Shown piece after piece: positions 36,401-46,304 of a stretch of DNA of 64,000 nt. Positions within the stretch are counted from its first letter, which is position 1; the number at the start of each line of letters is the position of its first letter. The stretch lies in NCBI GenBank assembly GCA_964567095.1, contig CAZMKN010000001.1:11675-75674 (forward strand), read 5' to 3'. Source of the DNA: an uncultured Candidatus Saccharibacteria bacterium (GTDB taxonomy: Bacteria; Patescibacteriota; WWE3; UBA101185; UBA10185). A model generated the notes under the pieces. It made no database searches. It worked only from the letters and a program-made list of their open reading frames with translations, and was not told the origin of the DNA. Position numbers and translations under genes: made by a program.

Positions 36401-37297
36401 ATGCCCACACTTATTTCCGTAACTTGTATAAACTGTAAAAAGCACTATTCCATTACACTAAAAAGGTATAACGAATCTCTTAAGAAAGGTTGGAATTTCT
36501 ATTGTAGTCCTGAGTGTAGGAAAGAATTTCGTAAGACGGGTAAGCTACTCACCTGTGACAATCCTGATTGTTCCAGTAAATTTTATAGAGCTAAATGTTT
36601 CATTAATGAGACTGGTAATTTCTGTTCCCAAAGTTGTGCTGCCTCCATTAACAACAATCTTAGGAAAAAAGAGCTGTCAAAGATCTGTGCCAACCCTTCC
36701 TGTGATAATAAAATTCCCCCTAGAAATACCTATTGCTCCAATAAATGCAGGGGGGAAGTTTTGAGGAAATCCGAAAGCTATTATAAGGAAAAAACCCTGA
36801 AAGGAATTAACGATTTTGTGCGATCTCACGGAAGAATTCCCCTGAAGGTTGAGTTACCCTCCACTTATACCTTTTCTAGGAAGGGTTTTGGTACCTGGAA
36901 TAAAGCTATAAAAGCCGCAGGACATATGCCTAACCCCATTCTCTTTGCTCGCAAACACATTGCTTTGGATGGCCATGTTTGTGATTCATTCTCCGAAATG
37001 ATTATAGATAATTGGTTATACAGTTATTCTATTCCCCATAAAATAAACGTACATTATCCCAAGAATTCCAAACTCACCACCGATTTTGTAGTAGGTGACT
37101 ATTGGATAGAATTTTTTGGTTTGGCAGGAGATTTAATCGCTTATGACAAAAATGTGCAGAGAAAACTTCGAATAGCTAAGGACCAAAATTTGGAATTGAT
37201 TAAACTTTATCCAAAGGACTTATATCCTAAAAATATATTGGAGAAAACACTACAACCTGTTTTATATCACTATGCTAAAGCCTTCGTGTTTGTATAG
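36401..37297 (+). CDS. Cys-rich zinc-finger protein with homing-endonuclease-associated repeat and PD-(D/E)xK-like nuclease domain
   Basis: Repeated CxxC...(Y/F)CSxxC units; GRIP...FGTWNKAIKAAG; DGH.CDS..E..IDNWL and DF.VGD.WIEFFG. Confidence 0.7.
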   Translation: MPTLISVTCINCKKHYSITLKRYNESLKKGWNFYCSPECRKEFRKTGKLLTCDNPDCSSKFYRAKCFINETGNFCSQSCAASINNNLRKKELSKICANPSCDNKIPPRNTYCSNKCRGEVLRKSESYYKEKTLKGINDFVRSHGRIPLKVELPSTYTFSRKGFGTWNKAIKAAGHMPNPILFARKHIALDGHVCDSFSEMIIDNWLYSYSIPHKINVHYPKNSKLTTDFVVGDYWIEFFGLAGDLIAYDKNVQRKLRIAKDQNLELIKLYPKDLYPKNILEKTLQPVLYHYAKAFVFV

Positions 37298-37302
37298 CGT
37301 AT

Positions 37303-38667
37303 CTACCCGTTTCCTTCTATTTCGTTCGCTGGTTTTTCTGCTTGTGCTTGACTTTCTTCCGGAGTAGCGAAGTTGTTCACGGGAGGTTTTTCCTCAGATA
37401 TTGGCGCAGCACTCACTTTTTCCCTTTCCCCTTCCTCTGCAATTTCAGGCTTTTCAGGTTCCTTAGTTTCATTACTCCCCATAGTCATGGCGTCGGGAAT
37501 GTAGATCACAGGTTCCTCCGCAATCACCATATTTTCCTGAATATTTTCATCAGGAGTTTCTGTACCCTCATTTGAAGTTGGTTGAGGCTGTTTTGGCTCA
37601 TTAATTTCCATTGAGTTAGCAATTACCGTTGGAATTTCCGCCTTCCCTACGTCTTCGAGCTTTATCTCTGTTGGTTGGACATCCGAATAAGTTTCCGGTT
37701 CCATATCTTTTGGCTCACTAACGTGTTCTTCCTTTCCCCCCGAAATTTCAGGAGTTTCTTCTGTAGGGATTTCCTCAGAAACATTTTCATCACCTTCATT
37801 ATTTTCTGGTTCCTCAGGAGTTTTCTCACTTCCCATTTCCTGTTTCTTGCTTTTTAGATCATCGAAAACCTTCAGAATAACCAGTGGTGTAAATGCCATG
37901 AATAAGTAAACTATTAAACCTTGCGTTGAATACATCAAAAACATCAAGGGAATGAGGCCAACAAATATAAGTAATGTGTACCCAATACCTTTCTTATACA
38001 GATTCCATCTATGGCCCTTTGTTAATTCCTTGCTCTTTTTCAACGCTTCAATAACTCCTACATCTTCAGTTAATAGAATGTAAGGCGCAAACAGGAACAT
38101 TAAGGTAAAAATAACTCCCGGTATTATAAGCAGAATGTATCCAAATCCTATCAACAGGCCCATTGGAATTGAAAGAAACAGGAATTTTGGCGTCTTTCTG
38201 ATCGCTTCAAGCAGAAGTTCTTTTACCGGAACCAGGTTCTTTTGGTGCATTTTTATGGGTACTAGCGCCGCATAAGTTATACTGATGGCTGTTACCACAA
38301 AACCGATAGTTACCGCTAGAATTCCATAAATCGTAATAGCCGTTTTGGATTGGTTACTTACTTCATCTATACCAATAACTTTCTGAGCTCCAGATATTGG
38401 AATAAGGTTTTCGGGGGAGCTTTCTGGAACAATATATTCTCCCAAACTCACGCTTGGTAGTACGCTAAATGTGGGTACGTCGGGTTTTTTACCAGAAATT
38501 CCGAAAATGATAACTCCCGGAATCATTATTGCAAGCGTAACTCCCGCCCCCACCAAGGCTAATGCCATGTAAGACTTGAAAAGGAATCCTAAAGAAGCAT
38601 TATCAAACAAATTTTTAAAAGCACTTTTAATAGCGTCTTTGAGTGACATCAGTTTAGGTTTATCCAT
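37303..38667 (-). CDS. Membrane protein (DUF975/YciC-like) with a long acidic disordered tail
   Basis: LLIIPG..F...F.FAPY...ALKKSKELTKG.RW motif; E/P-rich C-terminal region. Confidence 0.7.
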   Translation of the reverse strand: MDKPKLMSLKDAIKSAFKNLFDNASLGFLFKSYMALALVGAGVTLAIMIPGVIIFGISGKKPDVPTFSVLPSVSLGEYIVPESSPENLIPISGAQKVIGIDEVSNQSKTAITIYGILAVTIGFVVTAISITYAALVPIKMHQKNLVPVKELLLEAIRKTPKFLFLSIPMGLLIGFGYILLIIPGVIFTLMFLFAPYILLTEDVGVIEALKKSKELTKGHRWNLYKKGIGYTLLIFVGLIPLMFLMYSTQGLIVYLFMAFTPLVILKVFDDLKSKKQEMGSEKTPEEPENNEGDENVSEEIPTEETPEISGGKEEHVSEPKDMEPETYSDVQPTEIKLEDVGKAEIPTVIANSMEINEPKQPQPTSNEGTETPDENIQENMVIAEEPVIYIPDAMTMGSNETKEPEKPEIAEEGEREKVSAAPISEEKPPVNNFATPEESQAQAEKPANEIEGNG

Positions 38668-38683
38668 ACTTTAAGTGTATTAG

Positions 38684-40081
38684 TTAGTTTAGTAGTTTGT
38701 CAATTATTGTATAAATGCTAAAGCCTCCATAAAAAAGGAAGGCCAAGCACATTATTGCTATTCTGGGGAAGTTAGGTCGAATTTTCTTATGTAGCAAACT
38801 CAAGTTCGTTGTGAGTGTTAATCCCACATGCACAAACATCGCGAAAGCATTTAGGACGGCTGAAATAGTTATTAATTGGAAAGGTTCCCTAAATCCGCAC
38901 GAATAAATCAGAATTCCTGATAGAATTTGTATCCAAAGGACAGAGTAGTAGGTTTTGGAAATACTTTTTCCTTGGATTTTAGAATTGGCTAAAGCTAGGT
39001 TTTCTGAAATGATTCTGCTCGTTGAATCAAACACGGTAAGTTGTGTGGCAAAAAGCATAACCCCGATTACTAGGGAGAACAGGATTCCTGCCCAAGGAGC
39101 TACCAGCTTTCCAATTTGTTTAGCCTCCTCGATTACAAAACCAACTCCGACGGTTTCCGTTCCTTTTCCGTAAGTTGTGATATAGGAAAGTAGTGCCAGT
39201 AAGCAAATCGTTATTGTGCCTGTTAACCAAAAGACCAAAAAGTGCTCTATGTTTACGTTTTTCCACCATTTTCTGAAAGTTGAAAAGTTTTCTTCTGTTG
39301 GCTCGAATTTTGCTCCAGTTAAATCTATATTTTCATTTTTACTCGTTAGTAGGCTTCTAATTTTACCGGCATATTTACCCATACCATATCCTTTGGCTTT
39401 AACGTAAAAAGATTGTGCCAAATTTAAATTTCCTCCCGCCCCCGCATAGGCCAACGCTGCCAAAAACGATGCCATCGGTATTCCTGCGGGCAAAAATCGA
39501 TATCCTTCACCTATTCCAATAATCCCGTTTCCAAGAGCCACAAAATCCGCTCCTTTGGCAAGGATTATCGACAAAACGAAGATGGTGGGGACTCCGGAGA
39601 TTATTAATATCTTCTGAAGGCTTTCCACGGTTTTGTAAAGAACAGGACCCAACGAGAGTATTAGCCCAATAGCTATAAGCATTCCTATTGTTAAAAAGGA
39701 AATATCAGTAATTCCGAAAAGATTCCCTAGTATTTTTGCCGAAGCGGCAATTATTCCTGGCCACATCCATGGAATATAGGTTGAAAATAGAAACCAAATA
39801 GGCGCCCCCTTAAATTTTCTCGCAATTCCTACGAAAATACTTTCTCCATGAGCAAGAGCGTATCTTTCGATTTCCATATTCATGAAAAACTGAAAAGTTA
39901 TCCCGAGAATCGCTCCCCAGATGATTCCCATGCCATAATGGGATGTCAGGTAAGGCCACAAAATAATTTCTCCACTTCCAAGACCGAGTCCTAGTAAGAT
40001 AAAACTTGGGCCCATTAATTTTTTCAGTGGAAGCGCCTTAGGTAATGTTTTAATCTTTAAGCCCTTAATTTCTGTAGCCAT
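38684..40081 (-). CDS. Nramp-like / APC-superfamily transporter
   Basis: GPSFI...LGSGE..LWP, E..RY....GES and AGAGG motifs; about 11 TMs. Confidence 0.8.
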   Translation of the reverse strand: MATEIKGLKIKTLPKALPLKKLMGPSFILLGLGLGSGEIILWPYLTSHYGMGIIWGAILGITFQFFMNMEIERYALAHGESIFVGIARKFKGAPIWFLFSTYIPWMWPGIIAASAKILGNLFGITDISFLTIGMLIAIGLILSLGPVLYKTVESLQKILIISGVPTIFVLSIILAKGADFVALGNGIIGIGEGYRFLPAGIPMASFLAALAYAGAGGNLNLAQSFYVKAKGYGMGKYAGKIRSLLTSKNENIDLTGAKFEPTEENFSTFRKWWKNVNIEHFLVFWLTGTITICLLALLSYITTYGKGTETVGVGFVIEEAKQIGKLVAPWAGILFSLVIGVMLFATQLTVFDSTSRIISENLALANSKIQGKSISKTYYSVLWIQILSGILIYSCGFREPFQLITISAVLNAFAMFVHVGLTLTTNLSLLHKKIRPNFPRIAIMCLAFLFYGGFSIYTIIDKLLN

Positions 40082-40100
40082 TGAATTAATGGTACCAAAA

Positions 40101-40742
40101 TTAAATTTTAAATTTTAGGTAAAATATTGGACGGGGTTTTCCAAGACTTAGCTTTTTGCTCCAGCTAGTGTCAATTTCCCTAAGCATTTTTCTCGTTACC
40201 TTTTGGAAGTTGTCTATCTTGAATCCGATATCCTCATATTTTGGAATGAGTTCTATTTTTATATAGTTCTCGTCAAGATCCTTTAAGTTTAATCTTTTCG
40301 TTTCAACTGGTTCTGAGAGTAAATCGTATCCAAACACTAGTAACAAGCTTCCTCCTGGCTTGATCAAATTCTTGATTGCTTTGATGACCGGTTTATTATA
40401 TCCGGCAATATTTTCCAGCAAACTTCCCCAAGGTAAAATAATAGTGATTACATTGGCAGTATTTCTCAGTTCTTCTGGCAACATTTCAGCACTTCCCAAG
40501 ACGAAGAGAACGTTTGAAAGCTTCTTTCTCAATGCTTTTTTTGAATATTTTCTAAGTTGCTTTTCTACCAGATCGATACCGATGCAAAGTATTTCAGGAT
40601 TTTTAAGCGCTTTTTTGTAAACATATCGCCCATTGCCTGTTCCCAGATCTATTTCTACATTTTCAAATTTTCGCAAAATTTCCTTGAAATCTTCCGAAGA
40701 CATCTCTTTAAGTTTGTTTCCTAGGACTATTTTCATTTTCAC
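40101..40742 (-). CDS. 16S rRNA (adenine1408-N1)-methyltransferase, NpmA/KamB-like
   Basis: IDLGTGNG, GID, NV.FV...AE.LP.EL, LPWGSLL and SWSKKL match recalled NpmA motifs along the whole length. Confidence 0.75.
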   Translation of the reverse strand: MKMKIVLGNKLKEMSSEDFKEILRKFENVEIDLGTGNGRYVYKKALKNPEILCIGIDLVEKQLRKYSKKALRKKLSNVLFVLGSAEMLPEELRNTANVITIILPWGSLLENIAGYNKPVIKAIKNLIKPGGSLLLVFGYDLLSEPVETKRLNLKDLDENYIKIELIPKYEDIGFKIDNFQKVTRKMLREIDTSWSKKLSLGKPRPIFYLKFKI

Positions 40743-40984
40743 GCATCCCCTTTCGATATTAAAATGGTTTTATTTCTAGATTTAAATCCAGACTTAATTT
40801 TTACGTATGTTTTTGGAATGTTGAAATAATCTCCAAGTAGCTCTAACATTTCCTCATTAGCCCTGCCCTTCTTGGGAAGGGATTTCACAGATATTTCCAG
40901 AGTTTGATTTCCATACATGTCTTCCTTCTCTACTACTCTAGCCTCTTTTGTCCCTGGCTTTATTTTAACTTTTATGCTTTTCAT
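40739..40984 (-). CDS. DUF167 (YggU/UPF0235) protein
   Basis: VKIKPG, P.KGRAN.E and I.SG.KSRNK motifs; start trimmed to ATG 40984. Confidence 0.85.
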   Translation of the reverse strand: MKSIKVKIKPGTKEARVVEKEDMYGNQTLEISVKSLPKKGRANEEMLELLGDYFNIPKTYVKIKSGFKSRNKTILISKGDA

Positions 40985-41203
40985 TTTTTCAAGGATTATC
41001 CTTAGATCATCTTCAGACTTTAATTTTATTAGTGCTCTATAACTTTGTTTGTTCGAAGGATTGTCCTTAGTATAATACATATCTTTCCTTATCCCGGAAA
41101 CCTGAAACCCCTTCTCTTAGAAGGATCGTACTTGAACTTGAAAAACTGCATATGTTTCCTATAGAATCCGTAGGTCGTTACAAATTTTTGAAAGGGTTTA
41201 CAA

Positions 41204-41569
41204 ATGTCCAAAAGAGATATGGTACAGAAAAGATTACAAATGCTTAACAGTTTGCGAGAAGATCTTAGAGAATTAAATTCTCATCGTAAGGATATATTAG
41301 ACGAAAGCGAGGGATACAATGAGCTAGAAGAAAAAAGTAAGTTGGTTAAGGAGCAGGCCGCTGAAAAAAAGAAGCAAATTTTAGCAATTCCTGAATATGA
41401 TGCTGTAATTCGCCAGATAAAGGATATTAGGATAGATATCGAAGATCAAAAAGATGCCCTGTCTCAGGAGTTGATAGAACTTTATAGGGAGGAAGGCATA
41501 ACAGAGATCGAGGATTCTAAAGGGAATATTAAGAAACTAAAGTTTAGCGTTCGCTTAGTAAATCCATAA
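41204..41569 (+). CDS. Hypothetical coiled-coil protein
   Basis: Charged helical 121-aa ORF; AAAGGG upstream. Confidence 0.7.
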   Translation: MSKRDMVQKRLQMLNSLREDLRELNSHRKDILDESEGYNELEEKSKLVKEQAAEKKKQILAIPEYDAVIRQIKDIRIDIEDQKDALSQELIELYREEGITEIEDSKGNIKKLKFSVRLVNP

Positions 41570-41622
41570 CTTTATTATCCGAAAAGTATTTTATTTAGAA
41601 AACTATTTGATATAATGCTCGC

Positions 41623-42291
41623 ATGACAAATCAAGAAACTAATCCAAGTAATAAAAAAGTTGCTTCTAAGAAGCAACAGAGTGCTCACAACGGCAAGAGC
41701 AAAAAATTATTGAAAATTTTGTCTGTAGTAGCCGCGGTAATTCTAGTCTTGGGCGTTCTTTCCGTGGTTGTTTACAACTTCAAACATTTTTTTGTTGTAG
41801 GCAGTGTGGATGGAAGACTTATAACCCGAATGGAGTTGAATAAAGTTCTGTTAGACGCTTATGGAACGGTTGGTTTCGATGAGTTGGTTACTGAAAAAAT
41901 AGTTGAAAAAGAAATAGCGGAAAAGGGTATAACGGTAAGCCGAGCACAGCTAAATGAGAGGAAAAAAAAGATTTCCGCTCAAATTGAGGAAGGCCAGCGC
42001 ATGACATTGGAGCAGTATCTGAAGATGCAGGGTATTCCGGAGGCTAAGTTTGATACCAACATAACTCAGCAACTTAGCGTAGAGATGCTTTTTGCAGATA
42101 AAGTTGATGTTTCGGAGGAAGAGATTGATACGTTCTTAGAGACTTATGGTGAGCAATTAGCGGAGGGGACGGACGAAGAAAAGAGAGCGCAAGTTGTAGA
42201 CATTTTAATCAGTCAGCAAATGGGTACTTTGTTTCAACAATGGCTCGAGGATGCGAAGAGTCGCGCAGAAATATCTAATTATTTGGAATAA
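41623..42291 (+). CDS. SurA N-terminal / PrsA-like membrane-anchored chaperone
   Basis: One TM, V.G..IT..EL, I.VS..EI and C-terminal QQWLEDAKSRAEI. Confidence 0.75.
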   Translation: MTNQETNPSNKKVASKKQQSAHNGKSKKLLKILSVVAAVILVLGVLSVVVYNFKHFFVVGSVDGRLITRMELNKVLLDAYGTVGFDELVTEKIVEKEIAEKGITVSRAQLNERKKKISAQIEEGQRMTLEQYLKMQGIPEAKFDTNITQQLSVEMLFADKVDVSEEEIDTFLETYGEQLAEGTDEEKRAQVVDILISQQMGTLFQQWLEDAKSRAEISNYLE

Positions 42292-42471
42292 ATCCGATAA
42301 GTCCAATGTGCTCAGTAATTTTTTCCGTGTGTATTAGCAGTTAGAAAAGCTGTAGCGAGTAGTATCCGTTGGTGAAAAATTTCCTTTAGTAACTAAAGAA
42401 CTTGTAGAATTAGCTGTAAACTTGGAAGCGGAAACTTTGAAAAGAGAGCCGAAAGGATTTAAGCTTACTTC

Positions 42472-43248
42472 ATGTACTTTATTGATTCTCATTGTCATTT
42501 GCCCCCTGTTGAACAAAAGGAGAGATTGGAGGAGGTAATAAACAACGCAATAGCTGCAGGTGTTCATAAATTTGTGAATATAGGTACATCCGTTTCCGAG
42601 AATGCTAAAGTTTTGAAAGTTTCAGGTGAGTATCCGCAGACATACCCTACGGCAGCGATTTATCCCCACGAAAACATGGACCGTTCTTTGGATGAGTTAG
42701 AGCAGTATCTGAGGGATTTTGTTTCCGAAAATAGGGAAGCTCTCGTAGGCGTGGGTGAGGCGGGAATAGACATTTCGAATTGGAAGAAAGGTAGGAACTT
42801 AAAAGATCAAGTAGACCTCTTCGAATTTCAGGTGCGTTTGGCCAAAGAATACAATTTACCTCTCATTGTTCATAATAGAAATGGGGATGATCAGGTTCTT
42901 TCGGTTTTAAATAAGATAAGGCCGCCGAAAGGGGTTATTCATTGTTTTGCTTCGGATTGGAAGTTCGCAGAAAAGGTTTTAGAGATGGGATTTTACATAT
43001 CATTTTCGGGTTTAATAACCTATGAATCCCGAAAATCGCTCCTGGAAGTTGTGAAAAAAGTACCTAACGACAAATTTTTGATCGAGACAGATTCTCCATA
43101 TTTGCCCCCAGCAAGTCATAGAGGTGAGAAAAATCAGCCAAAGTATGTTAAAATCATCGCGCAGAAAATCTCAGAAGTAAAAGGTATTTCTTTGGAGAAT
43201 GTCGCTAAGCTTTCCAGCTCAAATACAGAGAGGTTACTTGGCATATAG
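42472..43248 (+). CDS. tatD: TatD family DNase
   Basis: IDSHCHL, VGEAGID, IVHNR, VIHCF and IETDSPYL motifs. Confidence 0.93.
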   Translation: MYFIDSHCHLPPVEQKERLEEVINNAIAAGVHKFVNIGTSVSENAKVLKVSGEYPQTYPTAAIYPHENMDRSLDELEQYLRDFVSENREALVGVGEAGIDISNWKKGRNLKDQVDLFEFQVRLAKEYNLPLIVHNRNGDDQVLSVLNKIRPPKGVIHCFASDWKFAEKVLEMGFYISFSGLITYESRKSLLEVVKKVPNDKFLIETDSPYLPPASHRGEKNQPKYVKIIAQKISEVKGISLENVAKLSSSNTERLLGI

Positions 43249-43257
43249 TTTTTTCAC

Positions 43258-44796
43258 ATGAAAGAATTTGTAGAAAAGCACGATAAAAAAATACATAGGA
43301 TTCTAGAAACAGTTCCTGGACTTTTAACTTGGAGTGTTTTGCTTTCGCCTATTTGGCTAGGGATCGTCTTTCCAGAGATGTTAGTCTATATGATTATTGC
43401 ATTAACAGTGTTTTGGGCCTACATGGCTACACGCTATTCGTTCGGCATGCTTAGGGGCTATAACTTTTATAAGGAGGAGATGGCTATCGATTGGTTAGCA
43501 AGATGTCAAGGGTTGGATTTTTCACTACTCCTTGAGCCCCAAACCATCCCTTCAAAACTAGCCGATGTAAAGCACTTTATTCTAATTCCGGCAGTAAACG
43601 AGCCCTATGAGGTTTTAAAGCCCGCTTTTGACAGTTTTTGCTCGCAGACTTTTCCACGGGATCAAGTTGTTTTGGTGTATACAATAGAGGAAAAATATTC
43701 TAAGCAGACAATAGAAACTTTGCACGAGCTATTCAATGGTAGGGATAGGGAGTTTGCTGACGTTCTTATATACGTTCATCCCGCGGGAATACCGGGGGAG
43801 GCTATTGGTGCAGGTGCTGCAAACCGTACTTGGGGCGCAAAGCACGCTGTGGCAGATTTACGGAACCGTGACGAAAACTTTCGTAACTATATTTTCAGTA
43901 CTTTTGATGCCGACCACGTTTTAAACGATAAGTTTTTATCCAGACTAACACATCTTTATTTGACTTCAGATGAAAGGGACAACAAGTTTTATCAGTCGGC
44001 TGTAGCCCTTTTTGATAACAACTATTGGCAGGTTCCAATTTTTATGCGTATCGAGGCTACTTCTGTTGCGTTAGGTGGATTGGCCGAGTGGGCCATTAGG
44101 GGAAAATTAAAGGATACGTTTGCGGCCTATTCTTCTTCTTTGAAAACATTAGTAGATGTGGACTATTGGGACGTTACCCTCGGAGTGGATGACCAGATTT
44201 TCTATTGGCGCGCTTTTTTTAAGAGAAATGGAAATTTTGTGGGAGTTCCGCATTATATTCCTTATTCAGCAGATGCGGTTATGGGAAGAAATTTCGGAGA
44301 TTCCTGTAGAAGTCTTTATAAGCAGCTACTTAGGTGGGGGTGGGGTGTCATAGATTTCCCTTTATCTGTGAAGGGATTCATGAAAAACGGGGAAGTTCCT
44401 TTGCACCTGAAAATTGCTTGGATGTTTCGCCATTTGGAAAAAAGAATCCTATTGATAGACAGCGTGTTTTTAATAACCTTCGGTTTTGGCATTCTGAGCC
44501 TTACAAACCCCTCCATAAAGCAGGCTACGTTTGCCTACAGTTTGCCCAATATTATGAGCCTTATCTTAACGTCTACATTAGTTTTCTTTCTACCAATAAC
44601 TATAATCCGTTTTAAAATAGTCAAGCCCATGCCTGCTAACTGGTCCTTTTGGCGCAGAACACTGGCTGTTTTAGAAGCTCCTCTTGTTACAATAAATATG
44701 CTTTCATTTTCATTCTTTCCTCAAGTTGAGGCACAAACGAGAATGCTTCTTGGTAAGAAAATGAAAGATTTGTATCACACGCCCAAAATAAGATGA
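43258..44796 (+). CDS. Membrane glycosyltransferase family 2 (processive type)
   Basis: IP..NE, FDAD, VDD and QLLRW (QxxRW) motifs with flanking TMs. Confidence 0.85.
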   Translation: MKEFVEKHDKKIHRILETVPGLLTWSVLLSPIWLGIVFPEMLVYMIIALTVFWAYMATRYSFGMLRGYNFYKEEMAIDWLARCQGLDFSLLLEPQTIPSKLADVKHFILIPAVNEPYEVLKPAFDSFCSQTFPRDQVVLVYTIEEKYSKQTIETLHELFNGRDREFADVLIYVHPAGIPGEAIGAGAANRTWGAKHAVADLRNRDENFRNYIFSTFDADHVLNDKFLSRLTHLYLTSDERDNKFYQSAVALFDNNYWQVPIFMRIEATSVALGGLAEWAIRGKLKDTFAAYSSSLKTLVDVDYWDVTLGVDDQIFYWRAFFKRNGNFVGVPHYIPYSADAVMGRNFGDSCRSLYKQLLRWGWGVIDFPLSVKGFMKNGEVPLHLKIAWMFRHLEKRILLIDSVFLITFGFGILSLTNPSIKQATFAYSLPNIMSLILTSTLVFFLPITIIRFKIVKPMPANWSFWRRTLAVLEAPLVTINMLSFSFFPQVEAQTRMLLGKKMKDLYHTPKIR

Positions 44797-46304
44797 AAAA
44801 TTTTACCAATTTATTTAAGGCTCCTAAAGGAATTAAGAATAAAGATTCAAGGTTATTGGGTATATTATTTGGGATTAGCTTACTAACAATTTTGGTGCAA
44901 TTGGTTTATTTGAATTTGAGGTTTGCTTTTTTGCTAGATGAAATTCCGCTTTTTTACTCAAAGGTTTGGGGAGATGCGCAATTGGCTCCAAAGTCGGACA
45001 TTTTTTTAATTCCAGCCACCTCCATATTTATTACCCTTGCAGGATCCTTGTTTTTCTATTATGTTGGTACCCACTTTTATAAGTTCGGAACCAAACTAAT
45101 TTTTTTTCTAGTCTCATTCTGCAACCTTCTCTTAACAGCATCTCTTTTTCGAATTGTTCATCTAAGCCTGGGTACTTCTGTTCCTTTGATTGCCGAAAAC
45201 TATGTATACTTATTTGTTCCGTTTTTCGTGGCCTTACTGGCTAGTTTATTCCTGTCTCCCAGTTATGTTAAATTGATGACTTCTTGGGGAGTTGTGACAG
45301 ACCCTAATCGCCATTCGCATCCGGCCATGATTTTGAAAAATCCCTCTGTGAGAGGCGGCGGCCTGCTATTTGCCCTGGTATTTATAGTTGTTTCCATTTT
45401 CTTTTTACCGTTAACAACTAAAATAATTGGTATTCTACTTTTTAGTTTGTTCCTAGCTATTTTCGGTTTTTTGGATGACTTCCAGAATACCCACTCAAGA
45501 AGTAAACTGTCCTTTTTAGAAAATCCTCTAATACGCTTGGGTTGTTTGGTCTTTTTCGTAAGTTTGGTGTATTTTTTTGATATTAAAATTTCCTTTTTAA
45601 GCAATCCACTAAATGGGGTGTTGCATTTAGATACACTAGGTTTTTCTTTGGGGGATGTGGTTATTAAACCCTTATCCTGGATTTTCACTACAGTCTGGAT
45701 TGTGTGGATACTTAATTTGCTTTCGTGGTCAAATGGAGTAGATGGTCAGTATAGCGGTATTGTTGGTATTTCTCTTATTTTCTTAGGTCTTTTAGCATTA
45801 CGCCAAGATTTTCCAACTCCAGCGGACTTTAGCTACGCCCGCTTGGCTGTTATAGGTGCTGGCGTTGTGTTTGGTTTGGTGGGAGTTACTTGGCATCCAT
45901 CGAAGCTTATGTGGGGATTTGGAGCCATGTCTGCGGGGGTTGTCGTGGCTGCTTTATCGGTGCTAGTTCAGGCGAAGGTTATTACCTCTATCCTGATTTT
46001 ATTAATTCCGTTTTTGGACGGTCTTATAACTGTAATTCGCCGTGTTGCTCGGGGGAAAAATCCATTAAAAGGAGACAGGGGTCATTTGCATCACTTACTT
46101 ATGCAAAAAGGATTGTCGGTTCCACAAGTGGCGTTGTTTTACTGGTTGGCTACCCTTTTATTTGGTGGTTTAAGTCTCTATTCGGCCGGAAAACCTTTAG
46201 TGCAGACTTTTCTAATGCTATTAGGTATACTATTCTTTATAATAGTCCTAGCGAACGTAAAATTACCCACGAAGAAGCTCCCACTACAAGAATTTGAGAA
46301 ATAA
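44793..46304 (+). CDS. MraY/WecA/TagO-like polyprenyl-phosphate sugar-phosphotransferase with an extra N-terminal membrane domain
   Basis: RGGG, GFLDD, N..SWSNGVDG and DRGHLHHLL motifs. Confidence 0.85.
   Translation: MKNFTNLFKAPKGIKNKDSRLLGILFGISLLTILVQLVYLNLRFAFLLDEIPLFYSKVWGDAQLAPKSDIFLIPATSIFITLAGSLFFYYVGTHFYKFGTKLIFFLVSFCNLLLTASLFRIVHLSLGTSVPLIAENYVYLFVPFFVALLASLFLSPSYVKLMTSWGVVTDPNRHSHPAMILKNPSVRGGGLLFALVFIVVSIFFLPLTTKIIGILLFSLFLAIFGFLDDFQNTHSRSKLSFLENPLIRLGCLVFFVSLVYFFDIKISFLSNPLNGVLHLDTLGFSLGDVVIKPLSWIFTTVWIVWILNLLSWSNGVDGQYSGIVGISLIFLGLLALRQDFPTPADFSYARLAVIGAGVVFGLVGVTWHPSKLMWGFGAMSAGVVVAALSVLVQAKVITSILILLIPFLDGLITVIRRVARGKNPLKGDRGHLHHLLMQKGLSVPQVALFYWLATLLFGGLSLYSAGKPLVQTFLMLLGILFFIIVLANVKLPTKKLPLQEFEK

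Noticed and set aside
40985-41080. N-terminal 32-aa extension of the DUF167 ORF
   Set aside because: It overlaps the divergent promoter region; family similarity begins at ATG 40984.
42292-42567. Minus-strand 77-aa ORF or an RNA in the 180-bp gap before tatD
   Set aside because: The ORF overlaps tatD antisense and has no motif; I could not support a structured RNA here.
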